Assembly (NCBI GenBank): GCA_964585945.1
Contig: CAZPGB010000032.1
Span: 3,980 to 67,979 of the forward strand
Direction of reading: 5' to 3'
From: an uncultured bacterium
GTDB taxonomy: Bacteria; Eisenbacteria; RBG-16-71-46; CAIMUX01; WJJG01
DNA: 64,000 nucleotides
Shown piece after piece: positions 63,208 through 64,000 of the stretch. Made by a program: the position numbers and the translations under genes. How positions within the stretch are numbered: the first letter of the stretch is position 1; every line of letters starts with the position of its first letter. Below the pieces are notes generated by a model. The model was not told where the DNA came from and made no database searches. It worked only from the letters and a program-made list of their open reading frames with translations.

Positions 63208-64000
63208 ATGCTGCTCCTCCCGGCGATGCTTCTCCTTGCGATAGTCCTCCTTGTGATAGCCCACCTTGCGCTGCTCGGGCTCTCGGTGGCGGGTGCATCG
63301 GTCGCCGGAGCCCAAACGTCGTTGTCGCCGCCGTCGCGGCCGCAGCAGCCGCCGTCGTTTTCGTCGCCGTCGTCGCCACCGCCGCCGTCGTCGCGGCCGC
63401 AGCCGCCGCCGTCGTTTTCGTCGCCGTCGTCGCCACCGTCGCCGCCGTCGCGGCCGCAGCAGCCGCCGATCAAGCCGCGGGTCTTCGAAGACGTACTGGG
63501 CCACCGGATTCAGTGGCGGACGCCGCCCGAGCGGATCGTCTCGCTCTCGCCGAATCTGACCGAGATCCTCTTTGCCATTGGATGCGACACGACTGTCGTC
63601 GTGGGGGTGACGCGCTACTGCACCTATCCGCCCATCGTCGAAGCGCTGCCCGACGTGGGCGGGGTCGCCGATCCGAGCCTGGAGGCCGTCGCGGCACTGC
63701 AACCCGATCTCGTCGTGGCCACCCGCGGGAATCCGCTCGAGTTCATGGAGTCGCTGATCGGGCTGGGCATCTCCGTCTATGCCGTGGAGACCCGCGGTGA
63801 TCTGGATCGGATCTTCGGTCTGATCTACGAGATCGGCGAGGTCACCGGCCGCACCGACGGCGCCGCGGCGCTGGTCGACAGCCTGCGCGGGCGGGTCGCG
63901 CTGGTCCGATCGCATGTGAAGGGCTTGCGAGCCGAGGAGCGTCCCATGGTCTACATGGGCGAGCTGGACGGCTCGCACTGGACCGCCGGGCCCGGCTCCT
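63208..64000 (+). CDS. Periplasmic binding protein (BtuF/FhuD-like, Peripla_BP_2), partial, with a Pro/Ser-rich repeat linker
   Basis: This frame is open to the window end and is not in the ORF track. It reads MLLLPAMLLLAIVLLVIAHLALLGLSVAGA (signal/anchor), then a P/S-rich linker, then RIVSLSPNLTEILFAIGCDTTVVVGVTRYCTYPP...LQPDLVVATRGN. The start could lie further upstream (GTG at 63115 or 63202). Confidence 0.75.
   Translation, partial: MLLLPAMLLLAIVLLVIAHLALLGLSVAGASVAGAQTSLSPPSRPQQPPSFSSPSSPPPPSSRPQPPPSFSSPSSPPSPPSRPQQPPIKPRVFEDVLGHRIQWRTPPERIVSLSPNLTEILFAIGCDTTVVVGVTRYCTYPPIVEALPDVGGVADPSLEAVAALQPDLVVATRGNPLEFMESLIGLGISVYAVETRGDLDRIFGLIYEIGEVTGRTDGAAALVDSLRGRVALVRSHVKGLRAEERPMVYMGELDGSHWTAGPGS
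63325..63468 (+). repeat. 57-bp tandem repeat, about 2.5 copies, encoding SPPSRPQQPPSFSSPSSPP
   Basis: gtcgttttcgtcgccgtcgtcgccacc recurs at 63354 and 63411. tcgcggccgcagc recurs at about 63335, 63391 and 63448. Confidence 0.8.

Noticed and set aside
63096-63800. 234-aa plus-strand ORF with poly-Ala/Val (AAVAAAAAAVVFVAVVATAAVV)
   Set aside because: It is the wrong frame of the binding-protein gene. The real frame gives a signal/anchor, a P/S linker and Peripla_BP_2 motifs.

Overview
GC-rich bacterial chromosomal window (roughly two-thirds G+C by eye, not computed). It probably comes from an uncultivated lineage that uses FlgD-Ig/T9SS-like C-terminal sorting domains, since three secreted proteins here end in ...G(V/I/L)YF.(Y/R)LE.... 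I count about 45 credible genes and saw no rRNA, tRNA or CRISPR array.

Content by region:
- **1-12.9 kb:** a GH65/beta-phosphoglucomutase fusion, an SDR, a decayed group II intron abutting an intact vapBC pair, and a string of Efm5-like methyltransferase, GNAT and DEDDh exonuclease.
- **12.9-29.1 kb (first polysaccharide block):** part of a Wzx/Wzy-type exopolysaccharide or O-antigen-like locus. It holds a pyruvyl transferase, a Wzx flippase fused to a GT4-like glycosyltransferase, a shrunken Wzy_C paralog, an AsnB-like enzyme, Wzz/PCP, a GT2, a 954-aa CBM-like unknown, an LVIVD propeller and an intact Wzy_C protein.
- **29.1-35.7 kb (decayed accessory region):** a pseudo-GT, a frameshifted Cys-rich ORF, a decayed HEPN/MNT pair, an AAA+ DUF4143 gene broken in a C7 run and an IS110-like remnant. 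One apparently intact SAM methyltransferase sits among them.
- **37.4-45.7 kb (second polysaccharide block):** a Wza-like exporter, an LTD-CotH protein and two GT4s.
- **46-64 kb:** an S8 protease, a TrmB regulator, a trkH-trkA-HAMP sensor operon, a patatin, a repeat-flanked sulfatase-like enzyme, TPM-NTase-LemA, and the start of a BtuD/BtuF-type importer.

The most notable observation is an old inverted duplication of the glycosyltransferase-tail plus Wzy_C module, in which each copy has lost the opposite gene. The retained flippase-glycosyltransferase fusion is also unusual.

Two genes that run off the window edges (1-1910 minus, 63208-64000 plus) are absent from the supplied ORF track. All family calls come from motif recognition by eye; no searches were run.
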